A stretch of DNA of 63,990 bases, counting the filler, from Octopus bimaculoides (taxonomy: Eukaryota), in assembly GCF_001194135.2 (NCBI RefSeq). It is 10 parts of 10 records of this genome, joined end to end, with 100 filler letters (N's around TTAATTAATTAA, not from the genome) between each part and the next. Parts side by side here need not be neighbours in the genome. Positions count along the whole stretch, not along the records: positions 34,464 to 43,453 come from NC_068981.1; positions 43,554 to 54,117 come from NC_068988.1; 8 more parts are not named here. The stretch is one strand, 5' to 3'. The notes beneath the pieces were generated by a model. It searched no databases. It was not told where the DNA came from and saw only the letters and a program-made list of their open reading frames with translations. This document shows positions 41,501 to 52,541 of this stretch, piece after piece; positions within the stretch are counted from its first letter, which is position 1, and each line of letters starts with the position of its first letter. The position numbers and the translations under genes are program-made.

Positions 41501-41920
41501 AGAAGTTAGCTTTCTCTTTTTATACTAACGGAGTCGATAGAATAAAGTACCGGTTGAGCACTGGGTTAATCCACTAGCCACTAACATTTCGGGTCTTGTA
41601 TCAATAGTGGAAAGAATTATTATTATTTTTAATCGGCAGAAGTGACTCAAGTGACTCGAGGTTCGAACCTAGAGTTCCATGCATGCCATGTGTGTGTGTG
41701 TGAGTGTGTTTGCGTGTGTGTATGTGTGTATGTGTGTGTGTGTGCGTGCGCGTGTGTGTGTGTGTGTTCATTATATATAAATATATATGTATATAAACTT
41801 ATACATTTGAAAACACTGTTACAAATTCCGTATATGATTTATAAGGTAGTTTTGAAGTTTAAATCCATTTTCCTCGTTTTCCACGGTAAAAAAAGGCATA
41901 AAGATAAAGCACTAAACACC

Positions 41921-43202
41921 TCAGAAAATTTAGAAAGCCTCAGATTAACAAACACATCGATTGGACCACATTTATAACTTATTTTTTTAATACAAAGCAT
42001 GACATAACAAATAGGTGACGTAACATATCTTACAGCCGTTTCCGATCCGTTGCCAAAATGCTGTCTATAAACAAATGCGCGAATAAAGTTCTTCATCTTC
42101 ATAGGGCATTCGAGTTAAGGCACGGAGCTTCATTAACGTAAAAAACAAAACAAGAGCATACAATATAAACAAAGGGAAGAAGGAAAAGGAAAGAGAGCAT
42201 GGCTTCGAAAAAAGGTCTAGAAGCCCAATATGTTAAAATCATATAATCTACCATCTAGAGGCTATGAGGTCCGTAGGTAAAAGAGTGAGCTAGTAAAGGT
42301 CTAGGGAATACTACATTTTATTAACGGGCAGTTGCAATTTAAGTGGTGGGCAGAATGTTGAAAAATTTTAAGAAAAGTAGTTATCAAGAAAATATATATG
42401 AGGAAAATTACTAACATAAATAACAAAGGGCGGTACCTATGCTAACGTTGTAAACTCAAGTAAATGTATCCAAAACAATTACCGTGGGGTGCTTAAGAAA
42501 ATTTACTCACAGAAATTATTACTGAGTGTCCCCCTCATGGACCACGATAGGGCAAGTCTCATTCTAGCGGTCTCTACAATTGGTCAGTTACAATTTGAAC
42601 CGAGGTTACGAGTTAGAACCGCTACAACGAATATGTCTGTAAATAAACAAGAAAAGAAAAAAGTTCCGGGGGAGAAGTCAATGATTTAAGTGGTACGTGG
42701 GCTGCTTATGTCCTTCAGCATCTTAATGGTGTAACAGGCATGAGGGAACAGTGAAAAGAGTAAGAATCCACGGATTGTAGTTAAGGGGACGCAATTAGTA
42801 CAAGTAATTAAGCGATTCGATTAAGGCTACTAGGAAATGAAATTGGACATAACCTCATATATAGCTAAATGTGGTAATTATTAGATATATACAGGTACGC
42901 AAGAAAAATCCATCTTACAGGTACTCTACAACGTACAAATAAAAAAGTCACAATTAGGCGGTTAATATTTAAGACCAAATCACATTTTAATTATCATCAA
43001 ATAATGAAACTCACTAGTTGCCACAGTATACTAAATATGCTTAATAAGCATTACATAGTCATTAAAGTTATATTGTTCCTGTTATTGTCACATTTATTTA
43101 TAGGCAGCATTTTGGCGTTATGTCATGTTTTGTATTAAAAAAATAAGCTATAAATGGTCCAATCGTTGTGTTTGTTAATCTGAGGATCTCTCCATTTTCT
43201 GA
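41921..43202. repeat. Inverted repeat pair (41921-42075 and 43091-43202) about 1 kb apart
   Basis: Shared TTATAG.CAGCATTTTGGC...GTTATGTCATG.TTTGTATTAAAAAAATAAG.TATAAAT..GGTCCAATCG.TGTGTTTGTTAATCTGAGG in opposite orientation; the right copy has a deletion of about 45 bp. Confidence 0.8.
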
Positions 43203-43337
43203 TTATTTGTGTGTGTGTGTATGTGTGTGTGTAATTATATATATATATAGGAGGGAGAATATACAAATAATAACAACAGACGAGGACAGGTGGTGTAAAT
43301 AACAAAAGTATATATTAGTATGACGCTCGGGAATACG

Positions 43338-43380
43338 GAAAGTCTTTGACGTTTCGAGCTACGCTCTTCAACAGAAAGAA
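43338..43380 (-). ncRNA. Minimal type-I hammerhead ribozyme-like motif (A6U core variant) in a Penelope-type terminal repeat
   Basis: Minus strand TCTTT-CTGTTGA-A-GAGC-GTA-GCTC-GAA-AC|GT-C-AAAGA: 5-bp stem I, 4-bp stem II, palindromic ACGT stem III, GUC cleavage triplet. Confidence 0.55.
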
Positions 43381-43553
43381 TACGGAGACAAGGAGAAAAA
43401 CACGGAGAAAAAAAATTGAATAGTGTTCAGTCAACGGTCAATCATATATATATNNNNNNNNNNNNNNNNNNNNNNNNNNNNNNNNNNNNNNNNNNNNTTA
43501 ATTAATTAANNNNNNNNNNNNNNNNNNNNNNNNNNNNNNNNNNNNNNNNNNNN

Positions 43554-44445
43554 GTCGACGAGGAATACCTGACCCGCCTGTTCAGGACGACTTTCGGGCC
43601 GGGACCTATGGACAACTTCCAGAGATCCCTGGCCTGGCAGTGTTACCGAGAGGCGCTACCCGTTCGGGATAAGCTCTATAGACACGGCTCGCGAAATGCG
43701 GGGCCGACCTGCTCGAGATGCGTTCATAGCGATGAAACCGTTCTGCACGCATTCGTGCAGTGTCCAACCATTTCGGAGCTGTGGGCTTATGTCGAACGAC
43801 TGCTGTCACGTGTGGGACGAGTCGGTTTATCAACCGAGTCTATCGTCAATATCGTCACGTCACGCTCCTTCCTTTAAACGGGAAGGAAGAGCTGTATTTA
43901 TCGTACTTGTAGCTATGGCGAAAGAGTGCATCTGGTGGACGCGTCTGAAAGGATTAGAGACAAATACTTTCCTCTCTGGTCAATCTCTCATCAACTTTTT
44001 CAAGTATCACTTGAAAAGGAAGGTGAGAGTAGAGAGGCAAGTGTTGTCTAGCAAAAGTTTCGATAAAAGATGGATACATGTAGCAAGAATGGCACGTATA
44101 ATTGACGAAGCCACCTTGACCATGATTCTATAAAACGTTTTAAAATTTTGTAAAGAGATTTACTTATGTTTCTTGCATAAATAAAAGGAATTTTATTTAA
44201 TAAACTGTGACACTAAGGACCGAGGTTACCGTGGTCTTTTCGTAGGTTTTTCTTTCCACGGATAACCTCCCCATTTATTGGGAATTTTCTGTATTATTTC
44301 GTATTTTGTGTAAATACCCCAAACGTTTTGCGATGTATTTTTTTTCATCGTTGTCCCCACTTTTGTTTTTTTTTTCTGCTTTGTTTTCGCCCCCCTCGAA
44401 AAGAAAGACTCTATGTTGAGCCCTGTGTGACTAATAAAGAAACAT
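43554..44445 (+). mobile_element. L1/Tx1-like LINE 3' end (ORF2 C-terminal zinc-binding region, 3' UTR, AATAAA)
   Basis: SLAWQCYREALPVRDKLYRHG...CSRCVHSDETVLHAFVQCP (zf-RVT-like), continuing by frameshift into AMAKECIWWTR; AATAAA near 44433, then a (TATC)n tract. Confidence 0.85.
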
Positions 44446-44761
44446 ATCTATCTTTCTATCTATCAATTAATCTATCTATCTATCCATCCATCTATCTATC
44501 TATCTATCTCTATGCATGCGTGTTTAAGCACATGTGTGTGTGTGAGCGAGCATGTGTGTGTATGCATGTATATACAATCTAATTCAATAGGTGCATACAC
44601 ATAGATACGTATATACGTAACACGTAAATACACACATACATGTGCTTAAACACGCATACATACAGATCGGTAGATAGATAGATAGTCAGACAAACAGATA
44701 GCTAGACAGTCAGACTGGCAGATAGAGAGACAGACAGACAAACAGATACACACACACACAC

Positions 44762-44801
<40 letters not shown>

Positions 44802-45629
44802 NNNNNNNNNNNNNNNNNNNNNNNNNNNNNNNNNNNNNNNNNNNNNNNNNNNNNNNNNNNNNNNNNNNNNNNNNNNNNNNNNNNNNNNNNNNNNNNNNNN
44901 NNNNNNNNNNNNNNNNNNNNNNNNNNNNNNNNNNNNNNNNNNNNNNNNNNNNNNNNNNNNNNNNNNNNNNNNNNNNNNNNNNNNNNNNNNNNNNNNNNNN
45001 NNNNNNNNNNNNNNNNNNNNNNNNNNNNNNNNNNNNNNNNNNNNNNNNNNNNNNNNNNNNNNNNNNNNNNNNNNNNNNNNNNNNNNNNNNNNNNNNNNNN
45101 NNNNNNNNNNNNNNNNNNNNNNNNNNNNNNNNNNNNNNNNNNNNNNNNNNNNNNNNNNNNNNNNNNNNNNNNNNNNNNNNNNNNNNNNNNNNNNNNNNNN
45201 NNNNNNNNNNNNNNNNNNNNNNNNNNNNNNNNNNNNNNNNNNNNNNNNNNNNNNNNNNNNNNNNNNNNNNNNNNNNNNNNNNNNNNNNNNNNNNNNNNNN
45301 NNNNNNNNNNNNNNNNNNNNNNNNNNNNNNNNNNNNNNNNNNNNNNNNNNNNNNNNNNNNNNNNNNNNNNNNNNNNNNNNNNNNNNNNNNNNNNNNNNNN
45401 NNNNNNNNNNNNNNNNNNNNNNNNNNNNNNNNNNNNNNNNNNNNNNNNNNNNNNNNNNNNNNNNNNNNNNNNNNNNNNNNNNNNNNNNNNNNNNNNNNNN
45501 NNNNNNNNNNNNNNNNNNNNNNNNNNNNNNNNNNNNNNNNNNNNNNNNNNNNNNNNNNNNNNNNNNNNNNNNNNNNNNNNNNNNNNNNNNNNNNNNNNNN
45601 NNNNNNNNNNNNNNNNNNNNNNNNNNNNN

Positions 45630-45659
<30 letters not shown>

Positions 45660-45663
<4 letters not shown>

Positions 45664-45818
45664 GACGGACTTCTTTCAGTTTCCGTCTACCAAATTCACT
45701 CAAAAAGCTCTGCTTGGCTCGAGGCAATAGTAGAAGACACTTGTCCAACGTGTCATACAGTGGGACTGAACCATGTGGTTAGTAAGCAAGCTACTTACCA
45801 CACAGTCACTCCTGTGCC

Positions 45819-45820
<2 letters not shown>
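45660..45820 (-). mobile_element. SINE family 1 head
   Basis: Reverse-complement head motif next to (TA)n and a gap. Confidence 0.75.
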
Positions 45821-45849
<29 letters not shown>

Positions 45850-46465
45850 ATATGTACGTATGTATATAGTTTGTGGCTCCACTTTGTTACGATCAACAAA
45901 AACAGTATCCCATCCTGTGTGTGATAACTTTCGTTATTAAGATGACCTAGTAATAGTTTGCTGTTACGACAATACTTGATTTTGCAGGTTTTTATGAGGT
46001 GTTTTATAAGGTTTTTTTTATAAGACACAAGAAGCATTATAAAAATATGCGTTGCTGCGTGTCTTCGCAGCAAGAAACTACACGTTCAACAGGAAACTGC
46101 AAGAAACTAGATCTTTATACTGTGTGGCGAGATTTTTCATCTGTCTTCCTTTTCTATTGGGATTTCCTCTATCCCCTGTTCCTGAAGAAGAGCTTTGCTC
46201 GAAACGTAAAAACACTTTTCTTTCCTTCCCTGAGCGTCTGCTAATACTTTGCATGTACCACGTCCTCACGTAGTTTTTCTTTTTTTTTTTTTTGATTTAC
46301 TGTATATATGTGTATATGTGTGTGTGTCTGTGTTTGTGTGTGTGCCTGTGTATATGTGAGTGTGTGTGTTTTGTGCATGCGTGTATATATATATATATTT
46401 GTACGCACAAACATATGATATATATATACATACATACAGTTATTGCATAAAAATGGAATTTTCAC

Positions 46466-46558
46466 CTCGATAATGATATACTTAAGATTACCCAATCCAT
46501 ACGCACAGATGTCGAATAATGAACAAAAATGATAAAAATTGATTGGTGTTATGTACTC
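46466..46558 (-). CDS. Candidate penultimate exon of GRL copy A (loop 3 / TM7a)
   Basis: Acceptor tcctataacAG, 93 nt open in phase 0-0 (EYITPINFYHFCSLFDICAYGLGNLKYIIIE), weak donor GAG|GTGAAA. ICAYGLGNL resembles the GR-type hTAxGhFxh segment. Confidence 0.3.
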
Positions 46559-46974
46559 CTGTTATAGGACATATATTATGTATGAAAAANNNNNNNNNNN
46601 NNNNNNNNNNNNNNNNNNNNNNNNNNNNNNNNNNNNNNNNNNNNNNNNNNNNNNNNNNNNNNNNNNNNNNNNNNNNNNNNNNNNNNNNNTATATATATAT
46701 ATATAATCGTATGTGTGTGTGTGTATATATAGATACATGAATGTAAGAGCACATGTAACAACACCCAGACCGTATCGCATTAAGGAAACAGCCCGTGTAT
46801 TCACCTATCTTGATCTTCATTCTTGCCATTGTTAGAAATGGTTATTGACAATATTGTCATACTCTTGAATATACCGAGGGTTCAATGTTACCTCGGCTGA
46901 TATTGATGACAAATATCACAAAAAAAAAAGAGGACAATACTATTTGCTGGCATCTCGCTCGTAATAGTAGAATA

Positions 46975-47105
46975 CATTCAGCATATTAAAAGGGTTGTGG
47001 AATTGACGAAATATAATGATCTGAAACTGGAGATAACTACAATGTGGAAATAGAAAACAGATGAAATTGTCGTAATAAATGGTGCTTTTGGAATAAAAAT
47101 GAAAA
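46975..47105 (+). mobile_element. R4/Dong-like endonuclease C-terminal fragment, antisense within the presumed first intron of GRL copy A
   Basis: ELTKYNDLKLEITTMWK*KTDEIVVINGAFGIK resembles KxxKYxDLxxEhxxhW...IPhhhGALG. Confidence 0.6.
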
Positions 47106-47386
47106 CATGTAGGAATATACATGACCACAACCACATCACGTACATATGTGCATAACTCACAGACAATGAAATTTGTTGGTACCGTGCTCATAATTGTAGC
47201 ATTCATTCAGCATAGTAAAATTGATAATTCCAGGAAGTAATACTTCACATAAAAGATGAGAAGCTGAACTATATCTCTGAGCTAAAAATATTCTACAAAC
47301 CCACCGAAAACGCTGAAAATGTGTTTACTACATAAAAGACAATGGATATCAGTTTGAAAATAAGAAACGTATATTATGAAACTCAC

Positions 47387-48364
47387 CGATCTGTTTAAAC
47401 GAACTCCGAACCAAAGCAATGAAATCCAACAGAAGAAACTTTCCAACGTCATCATTAAAACGTAACCAGATATATACGGGCTTGTATTGAAAGCATTATT
47501 TATTATTCCATAAGTTGAAATACAAATGCTGATGAGACTACCAAGTACGACAAGTACTGAAGTAAGACTCAATGTTTCATTTACTGATTTCAGTATTGTA
47601 CTCAGGGTATCATGATTTTTAATTATATCTGTAATTAGTCCTCGATTTTTGATAACAAACGAAATGTCGGATTGCTGTTCCTTAACGTAAATTTGAGCTT
47701 CGTTCGCCACTTTGTTAAACTCATAAATAAGTGCAATTTCGGTTATAATGTTAATATACACATCAAGAAATAACGATATCAATGAAAGGGCATTAAAGAA
47801 AATACTTATTGTAAAATATGGTATGATATATGCACTGTTGTTTTGTAGAGGATATGTAAGAAAATGCAGTATATCGCCATTGAAAACAGTAAAAATGATT
47901 TCGAAAAGTATGTTTGAAACTATAGTTGTAAGTAAAAATATTGATAAGGAAATATAAGAATATATTAATTTAGAGTCATAGAATTTTCTGTCTTCTTCTT
48001 CAATATTAACTTTGGCAAATGATTCCAATAGTTCATTGTCGTTAGAATGCCCGAAGAGTTTAAGAAAACTAAGGACAGCAATGAAGCTCCGAAAAAATAA
48101 TATATATACATATGTTAATATTTGAATGGGGGTTAAATTTTTCAGTTGCATCAAACAAATAACATAGCGAATAGGATTTACAATTAAATGTATGGAGAGT
48201 AGAATATATAACACTTGTAAACAAATTCTTTGAACATCAAGTGTTTTCAGCAAGGAGATATTAATACGGGCTTTCGCGAAATTATTAAATTTTTGATGAA
48301 ATTCCAAGACTTTAAAGAACTGCATTTCTTTAATATTCACGCTTTTTCTAACTTTGAATTCCAT
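47387..48364 (-). CDS. Gustatory-receptor-like (GRL / 7tm_7-type) membrane protein, copy A, long coding exon (TM1-TM6); C-terminal exons lie downstream
   Basis: 326 open codons from ATG at 48364 to ...WFGVRLNRS, then a phase-0 donor TCG|GTGAGT (intron starts 47386). Six hydrophobic segments, a long polar loop after TM4 (EFNKVANEAQ...), and NHDTLSTILKSVNETLS before TM5, resembling the GR/GRL H-x-x-L...N motif. About 40% identical to the paralogue at 52542-53537. Family assignment is by pattern recognition only. Confidence 0.75.
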
Positions 48365-49424
48365 TTAAAAGATTTTTGTGTCCACTTTCAAAATCTAAGA
48401 GATTAATCAGGTAATGTACCGAAAACTTTCAGCGTGTTACTTGATTTAATTTTCTATCAGACTTCTGTTATATATATATATATATNNNNNNNNNNNNNNN
48501 NNNNNNNNNNNNNNNNNNNNNNNNNNNNNNNNNNNNNNNNNNNNNNNNNNNNNNNNNNNNNNNNNNNNNNNNNNNNNNNNNNNNNNNNNNNNNNNNNNNN
48601 NNNNNNNNNNNNNNNNNNNNNNNNNNNNNNNNNNNNNNNNNNNNNNNNNNNNNNNNNNNNNNNNNNNNNNNNNNNNNNNNNNNNNNNNNNNNNNNNNNNN
48701 NNNNNNNNNNNNNNNNNNNNNNNNNNNNNNNNNNNNNNNNNNNNNNNNNNNNNNNNNNNNNNNNNNNNNNNNNNNNNNNNNNNNNNNNNNNNNNNNNNNN
48801 NNNNNNNNNNNNNNNNNNNNNNNNNNNNNNNNNNNNNNNNNNNNNNNNNNNNNNNNNNNNNNNNNNNNNNNNNNNNNNNNNNNNNNNNNNNNNNNNNNNN
48901 NNNNNNNNNNNNNNNNNNNNNNNNNNNNNNNNNNNNNNNNNNNNNNNNNNNNNNNNNNNNNNNNNNNNNNNNNNNNNNNNNNNNNNNNNNNNNNNNNNNN
49001 NNNNNNNNNNNNNNNNNNNNNNNNNNNNNNNNNNNNNNNNNNNNNNNNNNNNNNNNNNNNNNNNNNNNNNNNNNNNNNNNNNNNNNNNNNNNNNNNNNNN
49101 NNNNNNNNNNNNNNNNNNNNNNNNNNNNNNNNNNNNNNNNNNNNNNNNNNNNNNNNNNNNNNNNNNNNNNNNNNNNNNNNNNNNNATATATATATATATA
49201 TATATACATTTAATGTAAATGGGGGTATTAATCAATATCATCCTACACAATTAATTATTAACAGGAGTGGTTTTTGTTTGCTTTGTATGAAGTATTAGTT
49301 CTTCATATATCTGAGGGTATTGTTTGAATAAAGGGACTCCGAAATATAACTCCAATTCTTCCTTTATATTCATTCGAAGACACACACATACATACAAACA
49401 TATATATAGTCATTTATTCTCTTA

Positions 49425-49790
49425 TTTATTTCAGTCAATTGACTGCGGCCATGGTGGAGCACCGCCTTTACTTGAGCAAATCATCGACCCCAGGACTTAT
49501 TCTTTGTAAGCCTACTCCTTATTCTATCGATCGTCCTCTTTTGCCGAACCGCAAAGTTACGGGGGCATAAACACGCCAGCATCGATTGTCAAACGATGTT
49601 GTGGGGACAAACACAGACACACAAACATATACTTCTTTCAGTTTCCGTCTACCAAATCCAATCACAAGGTTTTGGGCGGCCCGAGTCTATAGTAGAAGAC
49701 ACTTGCCGAAGGTGCCACGCACTGGGACTGAACCCGGAACCATGTGCTTGGTAAGCAAGCTATTTACACCACATCAACTCCTGCGCCTAT
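49425..49790 (-). mobile_element. Composite SINE family 1 copy
   Basis: Reverse complement of head and tail motifs. Confidence 0.8.
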
Positions 49791-49977
49791 GTATACATAT
49801 GACTGTGTGTGTGTGCGTGCGTGGCGTGTGTGTGTATGATCCCTTTATATGATATCTATACAAATATATACTTATACATATGCAAACGTATATATACACA
49901 TACACACATACATATATATACATATATATGTATGTATATATATATATATGTGTGTGTATATATATATATATATATAT

Positions 49978-50023
<46 letters not shown>

Positions 50024-50044
50024 GCGTGTATATACTATGTATAT

Positions 50045-50520
50045 ATATGGAAAATACCAAGTACTTCTCTGCAAGCATACGAAACTGAATGTAATGCAGA
50101 CGAGATACGCTGGGCCAGAATGGATTGCGACCGATGAATCAGAATTCCTTCGTTACCTCGGTACTGACTTGAGTAATGATAGATCCTTCCAGATGCATAC
50201 TGCTAGGTTGGCAATAACATGCAGACAGCTCGCTAGATTGATCCTTAGAATTTACAGAACGAGAGGCCAGGAACCCATGACGAATGTCTTGAGGAAACGT
50301 GTTCTGCGTCACTTAGACTACAGCTCTAAACTGCGGCCTCCAAACAGTGCAAAATTAAGTGCAGAACTCGAAACCATCGAGCGAAGCTATACAGTGAAGA
50401 TCGTCGCAATGCGAATGACCACTTTCTGGGAAACGCTGAAAGAGTTAAGACTCTGCTCCCTAGAACGAATTCGCTAAAGATATACAGAGATACAGATATG
50501 AAAAACGCTGCAAGTCTTAT
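50045..50520 (+). mobile_element. CR1/L2-type LINE RT C-terminal fragment
   Basis: LRYLGTDLSNDRSF...ILRIYRTR...LDYSSKLRPP...LETIERSYT...FWETLKELRLCSLERIR. Confidence 0.7.
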
Positions 50521-50706
50521 ACAAACTTTTAGCATTCAGCTAACGCTGAAATGTTTGGTTACAATACATTTTCAGGAAGCATATTTCATTGGAAGCAATT
50601 AGTCTAATTCGAAAACTTGAAAATAAACAGTCTAAGGGAAGTAAATATAATACCCCACTCTTTTTCTGTAAAATAAAAATGAAAAAAGTTAGGTTTCTTT
50701 AATAAT

Positions 50707-50790
50707 AAATCTCTTCATAAATCGCATAATTCTCTTCATAAATAGCATAAATCTCTTCATAAATAGCATAAATCTCTTCATAAATCGCAT
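50707..50790. repeat. 21-bp tandem repeat (AAATCTCTTCATAAATAGCAT) x4
   Basis: Seen directly, abutting the Penelope-like remnant. Confidence 0.85.
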
Positions 50791-50799
50791 AGTAAAAAT

Positions 50800-51430
50800 A
50801 TCTGGCTGATTATTTCATACGGAAAACAAGCTATCGAAAGGACCTTTTCCAAAACTTCCAGGTACCACCCCATTTTAAACACAATACCCACCGCATCAGA
50901 ATTGTCTTTTCTAACACCAATAATTCCCTACAGATTATATTATTGCGTAGCAACTATATTCTTAAAGGTAAAAGGTTTCACTTAATAACTGTAGTAACGT
51001 TAATAATAATAGCGGTAATCTCTCCTTAAATAATTGTATCAATAGTAATAGTCCTTCTAATTGTGGTCCGAATAAAACTTGTGTTCTCAACGGAAATTGC
51101 AGAATTACAAAGGCTGTTAACCAATGCAAAATTAACCCTGGATCTAAAGAACTCTTTTATATTGGACTTGCTTCTACGGAATTGAAACGGCGTATCGCGA
51201 ATATATGTTTTCACATTTAAATACAGTGATAAATGTAATTCTACAGGTCTTAGTAAACTAATTTGGCATCTCAAAGGTTCTAATAAACAATTTTCTTTAC
51301 ATTGGACACTTTTTTCGAAATCCTTTCCCTATGATAAAGGAAAATCCTTTTGTCCTCTTTGTACGGACGAACAACTCTTTATCATCTTTTCCAAACATAC
51401 ACTGATTAACACCTATAAAGAACGTGTTTA
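50800..51430 (+). mobile_element. Degenerate Penelope-like element GIY-YIG region
   Basis: Frameshifted CGPNKTCVLNGNC...FYIGLASTELKRRIAN/...NSTGLSKLIWHLK...LHW...CPLCTDEQLFI...LIN, matching the CPLxGxC...YIG...STxLSKxIW...CxLCxxEK pattern. Confidence 0.75.
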
Positions 51431-51878
51431 CGGGTGTTTACGTTGGAGAAAACACTCTTTCAGCTATTTCAAATAATATCTACCCCTTACCCAATAATAT
51501 CTGCCACTTAATCTTTATTCTTACTTCCCATACCTCCTATACTTTCCTTCACCTTTTCTTTCCATCTATCATTATTCCTTATTTGCTTATATCTCCATTT
51601 CTCCTTTAATTCTCTTTCTCTCTTCTTTTTCTTCCTCTCACGCCCTATGACGTCAAATTTCTTAACTGCAATTTTAAAATTTCTAGCGCTCCTTATACCA
51701 CTTTGCTTTCCATATATGTATATGCGTGTATATATGTATATGTGCATTCTTGTATATGCATGTATATATGTATATGTGTGCATGTATGCATGCGTGCATG
51801 CATGTATTTATATGTATACATATGCATGTATATAAAATTATAATTAAGGGTGTCTAAAAGATAGCTTCATGCTAGATA

Positions 51879-51963
51879 TATTCATACAGCACCAGGAGAG
51901 AAGACAAAGCGACAAAATAGTTTATTTTGTCTCTTTGTCTTCTCTCCTGGTGCTGTATGAATA
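51879..51963. repeat. Near-perfect 41-bp inverted repeat with a 3-nt loop, nested in a larger foldback repeat (51847-52025)
   Basis: 51879-51919 pairs with 51923-51963 with one mismatch (51910/51932). Outer arms AGGGT...CATGCTAGATATA and TATATCTAGCATGG...ACCCT. Confidence 0.9.
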
Positions 51964-52541
51964 CTTGATGTGGTTTTAGAGTCAAGTTTTGGCTGCTATA
52001 TCTAGCATGGTTGTATCTTTTACCCTACCGGTCACATATTGCTGTTGATGTGTTCGACTGTTGCGTCTCCTCAATAAGCTGCTGACTTTCTACTTAAATT
52101 ACAAGCAAGTGTTACAGACAATTAAAATGTTTTTTCTCTTTATTTCCATAGGTTTTTTTCTAGTTTACAGTGGATATCCTGGATGACTTTAGCTAACCCA
52201 CCAAAGTTTCTATAAGAACAGGACGTTATCTTGCTTACCAACCACATTAAAACTCACCTTCTTCAGAGAAATAGTCTCTATGTGTGTTTCTGCGAAGCAC
52301 ATTCTCATTGGAAAAAAAAAAGAAAAGCCGAGGCATGATTTCATTATTTCATTGGTAATTTATTTATCGATTCCTGGATAATGACATTCAATGTTGATTT
52401 CGTTGCGATTTTAAGATAAAGTGTCTGTGACTGAATCGATAATACTAAGCATACTATCCATCGCCTTCTGAGATGTTACTGCTTCTAGATTTCTTATAGG
52501 GATATGTAAGGATGGATATGTAAATATTTTATAACACTTAC

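Noticed and set aside
41839-42102. 87-aa minus-strand ORF
   Set aside because: Overlaps the inverted-repeat arm and has no domain-like features.
45990-46075. AATHIFIMLL as a possible GRL TM7b terminal exon
   Set aside because: No phase-0 acceptor gives this frame and the QF signature is absent.
50560-50670. Strong minus-strand acceptor (TTTTATTTTACAG) as a possible copy-B terminal exon
   Set aside because: No frame gives a TYhhhhhQF-like peptide.
52258-52308. Possible short second exon of GRL copy B (MRMCFAETHIETISLKK|GTGAGT)
   Set aside because: Strong donor and pyrimidine tract, but no in-phase AG acceptor. The similarly placed GTGAGT at 47160 behind copy A has only weak similarity and an in-frame stop.
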